Source: Centroscyllium fabricii (lineage: Eukaryota). Taken from it: DNA of 64,000 nucleotides. The notes under the pieces are model-generated. The model had not been told where the DNA came from, did no database searches, and worked only from the letters and a program-made list of their open reading frames with translations. Positions within the stretch are counted from its first letter, which is position 1. Every line of letters starts with the position of its first letter. Positions 1 through 13,052 of the stretch are shown piece by piece. The position numbers and the translations under genes were made by a program. The DNA lies in assembly GCA_051313645.2 (NCBI GenBank), contig JBNRSN020000031.1:18662001-18726000 (forward strand), written 5' to 3'.

Positions 1-245
1 CACCCTATCCCCGCAACCCCACACATTCAATCGCCCTAACACTAAGGGTCAATTTATCATGGCCAATCAACCTAACCCGCACATCTTTGGACTGTGGGAG
101 GAAACCGGAGCACCCGAAGGAAACCCACGCAGACACGGGGAGAATGTGGAAACTCCACACAGATAGTCACCCGAGGCTGGATTTGAACCCGGGTCTCCAG
201 TGCTGTGAGGCAACAGTGCTAACCACTATGCCACCGTGCCGCCCT
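1..245 (-). mobile_element. HE1-like V-SINE (tRNA-derived), cut by the window edge
   Basis: Reverse complement of GGGCGGCACGGTGGCATAGTGGTTAGC (A box) ... GGTTCAAATCC (B box), plus V-domain TGTGTGGAGTTT..CATTCTCCCCGTG. Confidence 0.85.
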
Positions 246-1814
246 GATAACGGTGTTATCATCAGCTTTTGGAGGACAAAAAGCTGATGATAACACCGTG
301 GGGTGCGGGCAGGTGGAGAATCATTACATTGTGGAATGTTACAGCACTGAAGCAGGTCTTTGAGTCTTTTCAGGGTTTTTTTCCCCGTTCAGTTCGTTAA
401 TTGTCGGGCTTTATTAGTGTGCACTGTATATTTGTGCCATTGGCTTCCCTATTCCTGGCCTGTTATCTGCTGGTCAGTCAGAATTGGACTGAAAGTTACT
501 GGCCAGTGTTTTCAACAGTGACTGAAAGCTTTGGGAGCTCTTCATCTGATTACTAGATTGGCAATGTTAGTAAAGTAGCCATGTACAGGACAACCTAGCT
601 AATGAGGGAACAGAGTTTTTATAACTGTCTGCTGTTGCTTTACAGTTGATCCAGTCATTTGGCACTTACTGGGCCAGAAGTATCCCCTGCAGCCGAAGAC
701 ATTCCTGGTTTAAAGTTAGTTTAATTCTTAGATACAGCATCTGTTAACTCCCGGATGGCATCATGTGCGTGTACTTTATCTAATGGAACATTTGAATAAA
801 AGGAACACTTTGCTCCTTCACAAAGTGTTATTGTGTCTGATTCCAACGCTTCTGCATTATTGCAAGCAGTGTTGTTTCCTCATTTGAGCTGATGAGGCCA
901 AATAGTTAAAATTTTCAAATGTGTATTTAGATGATTGCACTGTAGAAATCAATTGTTGTGTTTCCGAAATTGTTTTAGAATGCAGAAGTGATTTGGGCCA
1001 GCTGTGTAGTCTGGGTTGTTTCAGTCGTTTGTGAGGCCAGTGCAGTTATCGATGGCTTGTCTGCAGCGGTTGTGCTGGTGATCGGAATACTTTCGGTAAC
1101 CTTGAGGGCAGGAGAGAAGTCTCCTGCTTTCCACCCACCTCATTTCTTTGCCTGCCTTTCATAAAAATATCCCCGAGTGTCATGTTTTTCACAGAGGTAC
1201 ATCTGCAGTGTCTGATGCAACAGGCAAGGAGGCAAATGGATTGATTATCCCCTTTTTACTCTGCATTTGTTAAACGGTGCAACTCGGTTGCCTGGTTACT
1301 TCTCTAATACCGTTCGCTAATTCTTCAAATCTGAATTGCCTTGTTTGGAAATGACCTCGTTTTAGTTGAGTGAAAGAATGAATTAAACCTCAAAGTAAAA
1401 TGGCCAAGCATTTTGATGATTGATGCTTCACAGCAAAGCAATGCAATTGTGCCATAGGATTTTTAGACCTTTTCAAAAGCGGAACCACCCAGGACAGAAG
1501 CGTTTTGCAGGGAATGTTCAGAAGCAGGTGCTTAGTCCTGCGCTGCAGCAGATCACTCTACATTTTAAGTACAAATTGTGTATCTGTTCTCCTCCTGGTC
1601 GGACATCGCTGATTCATACTGTCTGATTTCATGTTTTCCTTTTGATTCTGAACCTGTTAGCATTGAATCAGTTTTCCATAACCAGGCAATGAACTCTTCT
1701 AACCAGATTTTCCTGGGCCTATACGTCTGCCTACAGAAGACCGATTTAACACCGAATTGCCAGGTGTTTGTTCACAGACTCTAGGCTCCCAGAATTCAAA
1801 TTCAAATTCACATT

Positions 1815-2200
1815 GTTTCAGTGGCTCCCGCCTTTGAGTCAGAAGGTTGTAGGTTCCAGCCCCACATCAGGTCTTGAGCACTCGATCTAGACTTTTGGGG
1901 AGTGCTACACCTGCAGATGGAACGTCAAACTGATGCTGTGTCTGGTTATTCAGGTGGAAGCGAAAGAACAAAGGGGAGAAGTGGGGTTCGCCCAATGTCC
2001 CGGCCAACGTTCATCCCTCAATCAACACCACCAAAAGAGATTGAGTGGACACTCCTCTCGTTGCTGTTTGTGTAGCCGTAATGTGGGAATTGGTCCTACA
2101 TCCCAACAGTGTCTACACTTCAAAAATAAGCTCCTCAGCTGTGATGTGCTTTGGGGTGTCCAAGGACATGAAAGAAAGACATTGTAAATGCAAGTTCTAC
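1815..2200 (+). mobile_element. Old Deu-type SINE fragment
   Basis: tRNA-like head and a degenerate Deu-like core. Related sequence at 12385-13265, 31390-31500 and 59230-59930. Family assignment from recall. Confidence 0.5.
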
Positions 2201-2482
2201 TGAAAGAGCAACAATATAAAAGCAGCTTCGAAGTTTAGATGGTGCGGGTGATTGTGTCTGCCCTCTCGAAGCTTCTAAATCAGTTCCCCATAGACGTAGG
2301 AGGTCCTGGCACGTGTTGGAGCCTGATTTGACACCACAGTGGATTTACACTGCCAAACTGTAGTGGTGTGGAACTCTGTTCCGGCGAGCCTCATTACATT
2401 GCCCCAGAATGAAGTCAGTCCTGTGGTGTACCCAACACTAAAGCTCTAGTAAATTGATTAGTCTTTAATAAGAAAATAAAAA

Positions 2483-2850
2483 ATAGGAGTAGGCCATACG
2501 GCCCTTCTCCGCCATTCAATAAGATCATGGCTGATCTTCGACCTCAACACCACTTTCCCACCCTATCCCCATATCGCTTGATTCCCCTAAAATCTATCGA
2601 CCTCAGTCTTGAATATACTCAACGACTGAGCATCCACAGCCCTCGGGTAGAGAATTCCAAAGATTCACAACCCTTTGAGTGAAGACATTTCTCCTCATCC
2701 TTGAGACTATGACTCCCTAGTTCAAGGCTTTCCAACAAGGGGAAACAGCTCCTCGACATCTACCCTGTCAAGCTTTGCTAAGAATTTTATACGTTTCAAT
2801 GAGATCACCTCTAATTCTTCGAAACTCCAGCGAATATAGGCCTATTTACC
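2483..2850 (-). mobile_element. CR1/HER1 LINE 3' fragment
   Basis: Shares the tail GATCAGCCATGATCTTATTGAATGGCGG...GGCCTACTCC with other copies. Confidence 0.75.
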
Positions 2851-3409
2851 TCCAAAATAATCCTTTATTTACAGTTCTGTTTTCATTGCGATTGATCATA
2901 CATGCAGAAATCTTCGCTCCTTATTTATGAATTTGTGTTTTGTATCGTCTAGAATGCAACTCATAGTCTGTCCCCAACATGAGACTTGTTTGGGCTCTGC
3001 GGGTGGCTGAATTTATAAAGCCTCAGTGTAACTGAGCTATACAGAGTGGAAGGCCCGGGATTCAATTCCTGGTCTGTCCTGAGTTGCCAGATCTTAGTCA
3101 GTATGGCGTGCAACACTTTATCTTGGCAACCCTGGGCTAGGGAACGGAGAATCATCCGAGGTTCTTGTTTCCGAGCGGTATGCAGTGATTCCTGCTGGAA
3201 CATGCATGTGTGTGGATAACACAGTCCAGTAGTTTGTTGCCACTCAGTGGGTTCACATGAAATACTGTTATTTGAGGGAGGTAGGAGGATGCCACTACTT
3301 GCAGTAGCCATGGGACCATACCGAAGGAAAAGCCACCACCGACAGACAGTACAGGAGGAAAGCAAATTGGCCAAAAAGGTTGCTTCCTTTCAGGAGTGAA
3401 ATTCGGAAA

Positions 3410-3900
3410 CACTTCTACACACAAAAGGTGGTTTGGAACTCTCTTCCGCTAATGGCAATTGAAGCTAGATCACTTGTTAACTTTAAATCTGAGATTGATA
3501 GATTTTGTTAGCCAAAGGTGTTAAGCAATATGGCGCAAATGCGGGTATATGGAGTTAGGTCACAGATCAGCCATGATCTCATTGAATGGTGGAACAGGCT
3601 CGAGGGGCTAAATGACCTCCTGTTCCTATGTTGTGTTATAGAAGCATAGAGGATAGGAGCAGGCCATTCGGCCCCTCGAGCCTGCTCCGCCATTCAATGC
3701 GATCATGGCTGATCATCCAAACTCAGTACCCTGTCCCTGCTTTCTCCCCATATCCCTTGATCCCTTTAGCCTTAAGGAATATATCCAACTCCTTCTTGAA
3801 TATATTTAATGAATTGGCCTCCACCGCCCTCTGGTAGAGAATTCCACAGGTTCACCACTCTCTGGGTGATGAAATTCCCCCTCATCTCTGTCCTAAATGA
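3410..3900. mobile_element. Two CR1/HER1 3' fragments, tail to tail
   Basis: + strand tail ends ~3635; - strand tail starts ~3640 (ataggagcaggccattcggcccc). Confidence 0.65.
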
Positions 3901-4863
3901 TTGTTCCCCAAAACCAAAAGGGGCTTTTATTCATATCTGGTGCTGAATACAATTGGAAACCTCTTGATTTGTGTCCTTGTGAGGGAGGGATTTTCACTGA
4001 TAAAGAAACCACCTCCCTCAGACAGTAATGTTCAAAACAGACATCAAGTAATCGTTCAGTTGTTGCATGTACCTGAAGGTTTAGTGCCAGTGAAATATGC
4101 CGTTTGGAATTATTTTGTTTTGCAAGGAACTTGAAACTTTTATAAAACCAAACTTTGTACTGCTGCCCTGTAGTTGGGACACTTATTTTTGCTGAAGTGC
4201 AGTGTCAGGGTTACTGCAGTTGCTCAAGGTGAAGCCATCGGCACCTTTGACATCATGAAAAGCAGCGGATTCTGTGGGCGATTGACCATTGAAGATGGCG
4301 GCGTGTCCTTTTGCTGTCATCTGCTCACCTCCCTCCAGTGTTCAGGCTAGTAAAACGTTTGAATGTTTTATTTTTTATTGCCAGCCTGTAGGGACTTCAG
4401 TTAGTTTATCCAACTTAAAACAACTGAGTTTGCATATCTGGCAGTTCTGTAGTATAGAGACACCGCAAGATATCTAAACGCTACTGGGGAAAATTCACAA
4501 GTCATCGCGAGGGTGAGCAAGGTGATTGTTCTGTGCGATGTGTTGTTAGAATCCTTGGATTTCGGAGGGGAGAGTCATGAATGAGCGTAAACAAGAATTG
4601 TAAAAGGTATGCACTTTTCTTCAGTCACCTGATTATTGCACTATTTCGCAGAATGTTTTTTCAAAAAGTCACATTTAACAATTGAGTTCGACTGTTCCTG
4701 ACCTTGCTGATAAACAATGGAAAGTTTACATATTTGCTTAATTACCGAGGGTTCTGTCCCTTTCATGGTTTTATGAAGGGGAAATCATGTTTGACAAATT
4801 TGCTGGAGTTCTTGAGGATGTAACAAGCAGGGTGGATAAAGGGGAACCAGTCGATGTGGTGTA

Positions 4864-5335
4864 CAGGTTGAGCACCGGAAATCCGGCACGGGTGGGACCA
4901 GGCCCGTGCCGGGAAAGTGAAAAAAACGGCAGAATGAAGTCGGTCAGTGCATGCGCGCACCATGCAAAATGGCCATGCGCACAACATTGGACATGGCCGC
5001 CGAACGTCTTTGTGGAGTCTCAGCTGCCTCCTGATGACGGCCTGCAGGCTGCTCCGGGAAACCGCGCGCTTCACCTTGGCGGGCGCTCGGGACTCGCACA
5101 TTCAAAACGCGGCGCGGGCCGCCGCACCCTGACGCCACGGAAGGCCCGGCTCGTCCGGCGGCCGTTTTGAATGATCTGCGCATGCGCTCGCCGTTCGGCG
5201 GCGCATGCGCAGATCATTCGCCGAAGCCGCAATCGCGGCTGCCATTTTGCGCATGCGCAGTGCAGTCGGGGCAATTTGTTCCGGCAGACTGAAGCTACCG
5301 GCATTTCGGGTCACGGATTTTCGGTGCTCAACCTG
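4864..5335. mobile_element. Tigger/pogo-like MITE (TA TSD)
   Basis: TIRs CAGGTTGAGCACCG/CGGTGCTCAACCTG flanked by TA. Removing it and one TA restores the LINE codons GTG GTG TAT TTG GAT (VVYLD). Confidence 0.9.
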
Positions 5336-5780
5336 TATTTGGATTTACAGAAGGCATTCGATAAGGTGCTACATAAAAGGATACTGCACAAGATAAGAGC
5401 TCACGGGGTTGGGGGTAATATATTCGCGTGGATAGACGATTGGCTAACGAACAGAAAACAGAGAGTCGGGATAAATGGGTAATTTTCAGGTTGGCAAACT
5501 AACTAGTGGGGTGCCACAGGGATCAGTGCTGTGGCCTCAGCTGTTTACAATCTATATTAATGACTTGGAAGAAGGGACCGAGTGTAATGTAGCCAAATTT
5601 GCCGATGATACAAAGATAGGTGGGAAAGCACGTTGTGAAGAGGACACAAAGAATCTGCAAAGGGATATAGATAGGTTAAGTGATTGGGCAAAAATTTGGC
5701 AGATGGCGTATAATGTGGGAAAATGTGAGGTTATCCACTTTGGTAGGAAAAATAAAAAAGCAAATTATTATTTAAATGGA

Positions 5781-6008
5781 CAAATGCAAGAAGTCACAAC
5801 ACCAGGTTATAGTCCAACAGTTTTATTTGAAATCACAAGCTTTCGGAGCGCTGCTCCTTCGTCAGGCGAAAGAGAACTTCTCTTACACCTGAGGAAGGAG
5901 CAGCACTCCGAAAGCTTGTGATTTCAAATAAAACTGTTGGACTATAACCTGTTGTTGTGTGACTTCTTGCATTTGTCCACCCCAGTCCAACAGCAGCATC
6001 TCCACATC
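5781..6008. mobile_element. Penelope-like inverted (hairpin) insert, family A
   Basis: ~100-bp inverted arms, 14-bp direct duplication ATTATTTAAATGGA, hammerhead-like cores on both arms. Confidence 0.7.
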
Positions 6009-6111
6009 ATTATTTAAATGGAGGGAGACTACAAAATGCTGCGTTACAGAAGGAGCTGGGGATCCTTGCACATGAAACACAAAGTTAGCATGCAGGTACA
6101 GCAAGTAATTA

Positions 6112-6461
6112 CACAGAAACACAGAAGATAGGAGCAGGAGTAGGCCATTTGGCCCTTCGAGCCTGCTCCACCATTTTTAATGAGATCGTGGCTGATCATC
6201 CAAACCCAACACCCCCCTCTCCCCGACACCCCCAACTCTAAGAACGATATCTCATACACATACTCTTGGGCAATTTTTAGTATCTCCAATTCGCCTAACC
6301 TACATGTCTTTGGGTGGTGGGCGGAAACCGGAGTACCCGGAGGAAACCCACACGAACACGGGGAGAACATGCAAACTCCACGCAGAGGGGTCTCTGGCCA
6401 AGCAGGATTCGAACCCAGGAGCTCCTTATTGCGGGGCAGCAGTGCTAACCACTGCGCCACC
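6112..6461 (-). mobile_element. HE1-related SINE, variant subfamily
   Basis: tRNA-like head, V-domain and HER1-type tail; interrupts the LINE. Same subfamily as the split copy at 24500/27215. Confidence 0.8.
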
Positions 6462-7580
6462 TTAGGAAGGCAAATGGAATGTTGGCCTTTATTGCAAATG
6501 GAATGGAGTATAAAAGTTGGGAAGTCCTGTTACAATTGTACAGGGTATTGGTGAGACCACACCTGGAGTACTGCGTACAGTTTTGGTCTCCTTATTTAAG
6601 GAAGGATATACTTGCATTTGAGGCAGTTCAGAAAAGGTTCACGAGGTTAATTCCTCAGATGAACGAGTTATCTTATGAAGAAAGGTTGAGCAGGCTGGGC
6701 CTATTGGAGTTTAGAAGAATGAGGGGATCTTACTGAAACGTATAAGATTCTGAGGGGGCTTGACAGGGTAGATGCCGAGAGGATGTTTCCCCTCGTGGAG
6801 GAATCAAGAACTAGGGGACATAGTTTCAGAATAAGGGGTTGTCCATTTAAAATGGAGATGAGGAATTTCTTCTCTGAGGGTGGTGAATCTTTGCAATTCT
6901 CTTCCCCAGAGAGCTGTGGAGGCTGGGTCATTGAATATATTTAAGGTGGCGATAAACAGATTTTTGAATGGTAAGGGAGTCGAGGGTTATGGGGAGCGGG
7001 CAGGGAAGTGGAGTTGAGGCCAAGATCAGATCAGCCAGGATCTTATTGAATGGCAGAGCAGGCTCGAGGGGCCAAATGGCCGACTCCTCCTATTTCTCAC
7101 GTTATGTAGAACAAAACGTGCCGTTAAACTTTGACTGATAGCTGTTTGTGATAACCAGTGCAGGTGGAGGTACATGAAGTCTTTATTTTTAAGCTTTCAG
7201 TCATGAATTTTAAAAATTTTAAATAAAGCACGGCACAGAAAGAAACCAGATGTAAGATGTTTGAGAATATCCTCTGACAAGGTGCATAAATCGGTCCCTA
7301 GGAAGTTTCAGCAGTGTAAAACGCACAAAACCTTCGATAGGTTTAAATTCACTCTGCATTTATGTACATGCTCTGCTCTCAGATCCTTAAGCAACAGGAA
7401 ATGTTTCTTGAATGCATTTCCACATTTGGTTCGTTCGGACCCTGCGTAGTGTGTTTTTAGAAAAAAAGGCCACTGCAGAATAATCTTATCTCTGATCTTG
7501 AAACTGCAATTCTTAGATGTACACAGGGTTCCAGGTCATCCACATGCCATAAGAAGCAATTCGTTAATCACATTATTTTG

Positions 7581-7780
7581 GAAGTCACACAACACCAGGT
7601 TATAGTCCAACAGTTTTATTTGAAATCCACAAGCTTTCAGAGAGCTGCACCTTCATCACCTGACAAAGGAGCAGCGCTCCGAAAGCTTGTGATTTCAAAT
7701 AAAGCTGTTGGACTATAACCTGGTGTTTGTGTGACTTCTTACATTTGTCCACCCCAGTCCAACACCAGCACCTCCACATC
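7581..7780. mobile_element. Penelope-like hairpin insert, family A
   Basis: Same inverted arms and CATTTGTCCACCCCAGTCCAACA tail as 5781-6008. Confidence 0.7.
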
Positions 7781-7785
7781 ACATT

Positions 7786-7990
7786 ATAGAAACATAGAAG
7801 ATAGGAGCAGGAGTAGGCCATTCGGCCCTCCGAGCCTGCTCCGCCATTCAATGAGATCATGGCTGATCATCCAAACCCAGTACCCCGCCCCTGCCCCTGC
7901 CCTCTCCCCATGTCCCTCGATCCCTTGCGAGCCTGCACATATCCCACCCCATCGCCGCCCACATATTTAATCCCCCTAACACTAAGGGTT
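7786..7990 (-). mobile_element. 5'-truncated HE1-like SINE
   Basis: Tail and 3' body match the full-length copies. Confidence 0.75.
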
Positions 7991-8609
7991 TATTTTGGGT
8001 CATTGGTGTGTACTTGCTCATCCTCCTTGAACTTTGGCTGATTGCAGACTCTGTGTAGTCACCTGGAAGAGGCATCAACGTTATTATTTGGTCAGCAGTA
8101 TTGGTATTTAAATGTATTGCCTGGTAAATTGAAGATTAAAATATGACTGACCATTTATTTATCTTTTAAATATCTGCAGTCACCACCAGCAGCTTGGCAA
8201 AGTATTGCTGAAAGACAATTTGAAGTATTTACTTGAGACCAGTGAAATAGTGCGTGGTTATGCCAGGGTTTCAGAAGGATTTCAGTATTAAATAACAAAA
8301 AGCGATACAGACTGTATTTTTCCATATTTGGTCAATGTCTATCGACATCTGTTTGGGGGAGGGGAGGAATTCACCCGGCGGCGCTGTCCCTTTAAGAACT
8401 TTATGTTTTTGTGTATTGCATAAGATTGACAAAAACCTCGGGGATTCCCTCTTTGTCCACCTTCTGCTTCCCCATATGCTGCATTTAAATAACCTTTTGT
8501 CTTGTTCCCAGTACCAGTTGCCCATGCACCCAGGAAAGTTTGCTTACCATGTTTCATGGCGTATTATCACCTGAGCAATATTGCTGCACAAGATCTAAAT
8601 TTCTTAAAG

Positions 8610-8989
8610 CAGCGGTCCCCAACCGCCGGTCCGCGGAAGGGTCTGTGCCTCTTTGTAAAAGAACGCTTTTTTTGGACCGCCTCCGTCTGTGCCTCGGAAG
8701 ACGTTAAGTGAGGCACAGACGGAAGACGCCAGCAGCCCCCCCCCCCCTGCTCAATGGAAAAACTCCGCCAGCAGCACCCCCCCCCCCCCCCCCCCCCCCC
8801 GGTCAGTGAAAAAAAACTCCGGCAGCACCCACCCACCCCCCACGGTCAGTCAAAAAAAACTCCATAGCCCCCCCCCCCCCCCCCCCCAGGTCAGTCAAAA
8901 AAAACTCCGCCAGCACCCCCGCCCCGGTCCGTGAAAAAATGTGACTAGCCCAAAATGGTCCGCGGTCCAAAAAAGGTTGGGGACCGCTG
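8610..8989. mobile_element. hAT (Charlie-like) MITE
   Basis: TIR CAGCGGTCCCCAACC/GGTTGGGGACCGCTG, perfect 8-bp TSD TCTTAAAG, internal repeats of GGTCAGT-A-run-CTCC-C-run. Confidence 0.9.
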
Positions 8990-10114
8990 TCTTAAAGGGT
9001 CTGCAGGTCTTGTTGACAGCAATTCCTATTTTTCGGATGACATTGAGCTTCTTCCAAAGAATGAGGAAGGCTAAACTCAAGTGTGGTTTTTTCGTTGCGA
9101 TTTTCTCTCCTCCATGCTTCCTGCAGACGCATCGACAGCTGCAGAGTATCATTCCATGGCAGCCGCCCCCCACCAGTATCGCACCCAAATGTCCATTCTT
9201 CATGAGTGAGCCGAGAGTGTGATGGGTCCTGGTCTTGTCCTCATGAAACATCCACATACATTTTTCACTCTGGGGGATGTTTCTGGATAGCGGTTGATTT
9301 CCCGCTCGGGAATTCCAGTGCCAATGGTGACGAGGATCAGCCAGCCAGCCCAACACAGATTGGGAATTCAACCTGGGGCCTTGCATCTATATGGCTTGGT
9401 TACATGCTTTTCACCGATCCAGTTGATAATCTTCCATTAGTTGGTAATTAATCTATAATGCTGTAATTTTTCCTTTTAAGATTTTTGATGAATGGAAAAT
9501 TGTGTTCGCTTTTTTAAAAAATCGCAAATCCATAAACATACCAGTTTTCAAAATGAAACTCCTCTACTCTTGCTACCCGGCTCATTGCTGGTCCCAGCTT
9601 GTAGCTCCCACACAATGCTGTTGGTTTCATCCAGGGATCAGATTCTACTTTTCACAGCGTTAGGCATTGCTGACCTGGTGACAGTTGTCCTAGATCAGTG
9701 ATACCCACCTGCAGTGTGTAGCCGAGTGTCTGCTGCCAAAGAGGCCACTCGGGTGTCGGATAGGAGCTCGACTGGAGAGTAACATAGTGGGAGAATTATG
9801 GAGGAGGAGGAGGAAAGTGCCTCGGAACTGAGGAGATTGGGAGATTTTGAGTCAACTTGATTTGACAAAAGCGTGTTTGATCAAATATCCGCAATAGCCT
9901 GCAATTTATTCACGACGTGGGTGGGAAAACCCCTCCAGCATTCGTCACAATCTTCTGCAATTTTCCAGTGGTCTTGCTGTTGATCAGTGTGTTAACAGAC
10001 AGTGGGTTCTGCAACGTTGTATAGCAACAAAAACATGTTCCTTTTTAGTTGTACTTTGTCATATGCTTTCTGTTTTTTTTCCCCTTCTAAAAAATCTTCC
10101 CTTTTCACACGCAG

Positions 10115-10223
10115 CAGCTTCTGCCGAGTAAGAAATTCTGGGAGTCTGATGATACAAGCAAGGATGGACCTAAAGGGATATTTCTTGGGGATCAGTGGCG
10201 GGACAGTGCATGGGGAGCTTCAG
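10115..10223 (+). CDS. PUM1: PUM1 coding exon (~human exon 4): [36 protein letters not shown]
   Basis: Pyrimidine tract and CAGCAG acceptor, GTAAG donor, 109 nt. Translation matches the vertebrate PUM1 motif QLLPGKKFWETD...[14 protein letters not shown]. Not in the ORF track. Confidence 0.93.
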
Positions 10224-10709
10224 GTAAGAAGGATGATGGTTTTAGCAAAGAGCGAACACGGGTTCAATTGTATTTTAATTTTAATTATAAAGGATCAATA
10301 TCGATGTTAATGGAATTAATATTAACAAACCACTCTTACCTGTGCTTCTGGATACATGATGCTTTTTAACATGTCTGACATGACCACCTGAGATACTGTT
10401 CAATTGCATCATGTTGGGAGTTTCTTAACAGCAAATAGATTCGAACTGTGGTGCGAGAACTATATGAACTATTTTGAAATGGCAAATTTTCATCAGAGAT
10501 GATGACAGTCTTGGCCTTTCCCTGTCTTCAGTTTCTTGTTCATACAAATGGGAAGGTCCATCAAGTTAATTCCTCCGGGTGTTCAACGCGCCTCACCTAG
10601 CAATTTGAATTCCCAAAGTTCTTGGTAGATTATTATCTTTTTGTGTGAGTAGGTTTTAAGTTCTGTTTTACTTTTCACTCAATTAAATTTCAGGCCTCTG
10701 TCTGAAGTA

Positions 10710-11376
10710 CGGGCTGGGCACCGGTAAACCGTCACCCGATGGTCCGGGCACCTTCATTGGTCCGGCACGAAATCGAAGCAGCGGTCTTCAGTTTGCCGAG
10801 CAGCCGCTTGGCGGCGCCAGCATTTCCCACGGTTTGGTTTGCTGGTATTTTAAGTGTTCTATCCCCGGGCTCCCTCCCGGGGAGTGTTCCACCCACACAC
10901 TCCAGCCCCGTGGAGTGCTCTACCGTGCGCTCCGGCCCCGTGGAGTGCTCTTTGGCCTGTTCTACCCGCGCGCTCTCCAAACATAGAAACATAGAAGATA
11001 GGAGCAGGAGTAGGCCATTCGGCCCTTCGAGCCTGCTCCGCCATTCAATGAGATCATGGCTGACCATCCAAACCCAGTGCCCGGTCCCCATATTCCCCGA
11101 TCCCTATCGAGCCTGCACCGCCACATATCCCACCCTATCCCCGTAACCCCACATATTTAATCCCCCTAACACTAAGGGTTAATTTATCCTGGCCAATCAA
11201 CCTAATCCGCACATCTTTGGACTGTGGGAGGAAACCGGAGCACCTGGAGGAATCCCACGCAGACACGGGGAGAATGTGCAAACTCCACACAGCAAACCTT
11301 CAGTGGTTCACAGTTTTCAATGGTCCGGCACCGTCATGGTCCCGAGGGTGCCAGATTACACCCGGTGCTCAACCTG
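10710..11376. mobile_element. Tigger-like MITE interrupted by a HE1-like SINE (10980-11292, - strand)
   Basis: Degenerate left TIR after TA; right TIR CGGTGCTCAACCTG+TA; interior related to the 12566 and 55910 copies. Confidence 0.75.
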
Positions 11377-12565
11377 TACCTTTTATATCTCATGCTCAAC
11401 ATACCTTGATGAGGCCCTGTCCCAACCTCTTAACCACCTTCGCTGTTGACTGTAAAGCTTAAGCTGCTCTTATCTTCCATCATCCCCCAAGATGGTACCA
11501 GTTTTGGGGAAATGATGCTTTCGGTTCTTGATGTTAAGTCTGGCAGACTGCTCGAAGGTCACCTCCAGCCAAACATCTTTGGTGAACAAACTTGTTAAAA
11601 ACCCATTGGCTGTTCAGTATCTATTCCCTGCTTGTTTTGCTGCACTCAGACGTTGTTACTGATCTCTTGCTAACTTTTCTGAAAAGATAACGGGAACTCT
11701 GCTTGGAGGCGGTGTTGGATTTTATTTTTCATTCTCTTGTCCACTGATTCCTGGCTTCGAAGCTACTTAAAATTGTGCCACCATTGCTTGAAAAACCACC
11801 TATGCATGCAGTCCGAGTCCACAGAGAAAAGGTGGTTCGTCATTTCAAAAGGCTGGTGGCCTTGTGAGGCAGTGATTGCCTGTGTTTCGAATCTGATTGA
11901 AGATGGTCAAACAAGTTTGTTAAGAGCATTTTAATTTCGTATTTGACCTCCAGGATGGTTTGCAACTTAGTTTAACTGGGAATTTTATGAAATCTTTAAA
12001 GTAAGTCTTGTTTGAATGACTGTTCTTAAAAACTGAAATGTCAATTGATGTAGTTGGGTGATTTATATTACAGAGTAAATGATGAAAAAGCATGAATTTA
12101 TCTCCAGTGGAACTGCAACTTGTTTGCCTAAAATAATTCTGTTCAGTTTTGTTGTTTTTCTGAGGGTGGCTTTGCACAGTGTTAGTTTTAATTGGTGAAT
12201 ACAATTTTTCTCCAGTGCGGTGCTGTGTTACCAGATCTTTATAGTTCAGATACTTGAAGCTGTGTCATTTAAAAAAAAAAATTTAGACTAAGAATTTTTA
12301 GGATGAAGGGCCGATAGACTTTGCTCACCATTTTCCTCAATTTCTATTTTGCAGAAATACACTCGATTGAGTGTTGGCTTTGCTCCGTATTAATGCGGGC
12401 TCACATGAGTCTGACACTTCTAGGTTAAAGCCTCGCTCCAGAATTTGAGGACATAATCTAGTCTTGCCACTTGGGTGCAGTACCTGAGAGAGTGCTGCTT
12501 TCCGAGATAGTAAACCGAAGCCCAGTCTGCCTGTTGAGGTGGGCGTACAAGATCCCATGGTACCG

Positions 12566-12870
12566 CAGGTTGAGCACTGGTAATCCGGCACGAATCGAAA
12601 CCGGCGGTCTTCAGTTTGAGGAGCAGCTGCTCGGAGGTGCCACCGTTCCCTGCAATGGGCGGGCGAGCGCCGATGGCATCGGGCGTTTGGGTTTCTGCTT
12701 GTTAGTGTTCTATCCCTGGGCTCCCTCTCGGGGCGTGTTCTACCCACGCGCTCCGGGCCCCGGGGAGTGTTTCACCCGCGCGCTCCCCTCGAACCTTCAG
12801 TGGTTCGGAATTTTCAATGGTTTGGCACCAGCCTGGTCCCGAGGGTGTCGGATTACCGGTGCTCAACCTG
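12566..12870. mobile_element. Tigger-like MITE
   Basis: CAGGTTGAGCACTGGTAATCCGGCAC ... GATTACCGGTGCTCAACCTG+TA. Confidence 0.85.
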
Positions 12871-12884
12871 TAATACAAAAAGAA

Positions 12885-13052
12885 AATACTGCTGATGCTG
12901 GAAATCTGGAACAAAAAACGAAAATGCTGGAGATGCTTAGGTTAGGCAGCATCTGTGAAGAGAGAAACAGAGTTAACCTGAAACGTCAACTCTGTTTCTC
13001 TCTGCACAGATGCTGCCTGACCTGCTGAGCATCTCCAGCATTTTCGGTTTTT
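12885..13052. mobile_element. Penelope-like palindromic insert, family B
   Basis: Inverted arms GAAAATGCTGGAGATGCT..GGCAGCATCTGTG..GAGAGAAACAGAGTT and their reverse complement. Related to 38790-38915, 58480-58790, 61610-61870. Confidence 0.6.

Larger units (their letters stand above)
4755..7105 (+). mobile_element. 5'-truncated CR1/HER1 LINE (RT pseudogene) with nested MITE, Penelope-like hairpin and SINE
   Basis: RT fragments VDVVY/LDLQKAFDKV, GVPQGSVL, KFADDTK, VRPHLEYCVQFWSP; canonical 3' tail at ~7020-7105. Confidence 0.9.

Noticed and set aside
4550-4592. GAG GGG AGA GTC ATG AAT GAG (EGRVMNE) resembles the end of the upstream PUM1 exon (..LEGRAMGE); a perfect YY1-like GAAGATGGCGGC lies at ~4291
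   Set aside because: No NHDFQALAL-like sequence upstream, an in-frame stop just before, and no GT donor at phase 0. Treated as coincidence; the real exon is probably upstream of the window.
4763-5482. Many overlapping Ala/Arg/Cys-rich ORFs here and over other GC-rich patches (13585-14525, 33674-34511, 45916-46368, 50291-50785)
   Set aside because: Artefacts of stop-poor palindromic MITE interiors; no transposase or other domain is recognisable.
9085-9222. Pyrimidine tract with CAG at ~9126 followed by a short open frame (candidate cassette exon)
   Set aside because: No homology, no clear donor, and it runs into repeat-like sequence.
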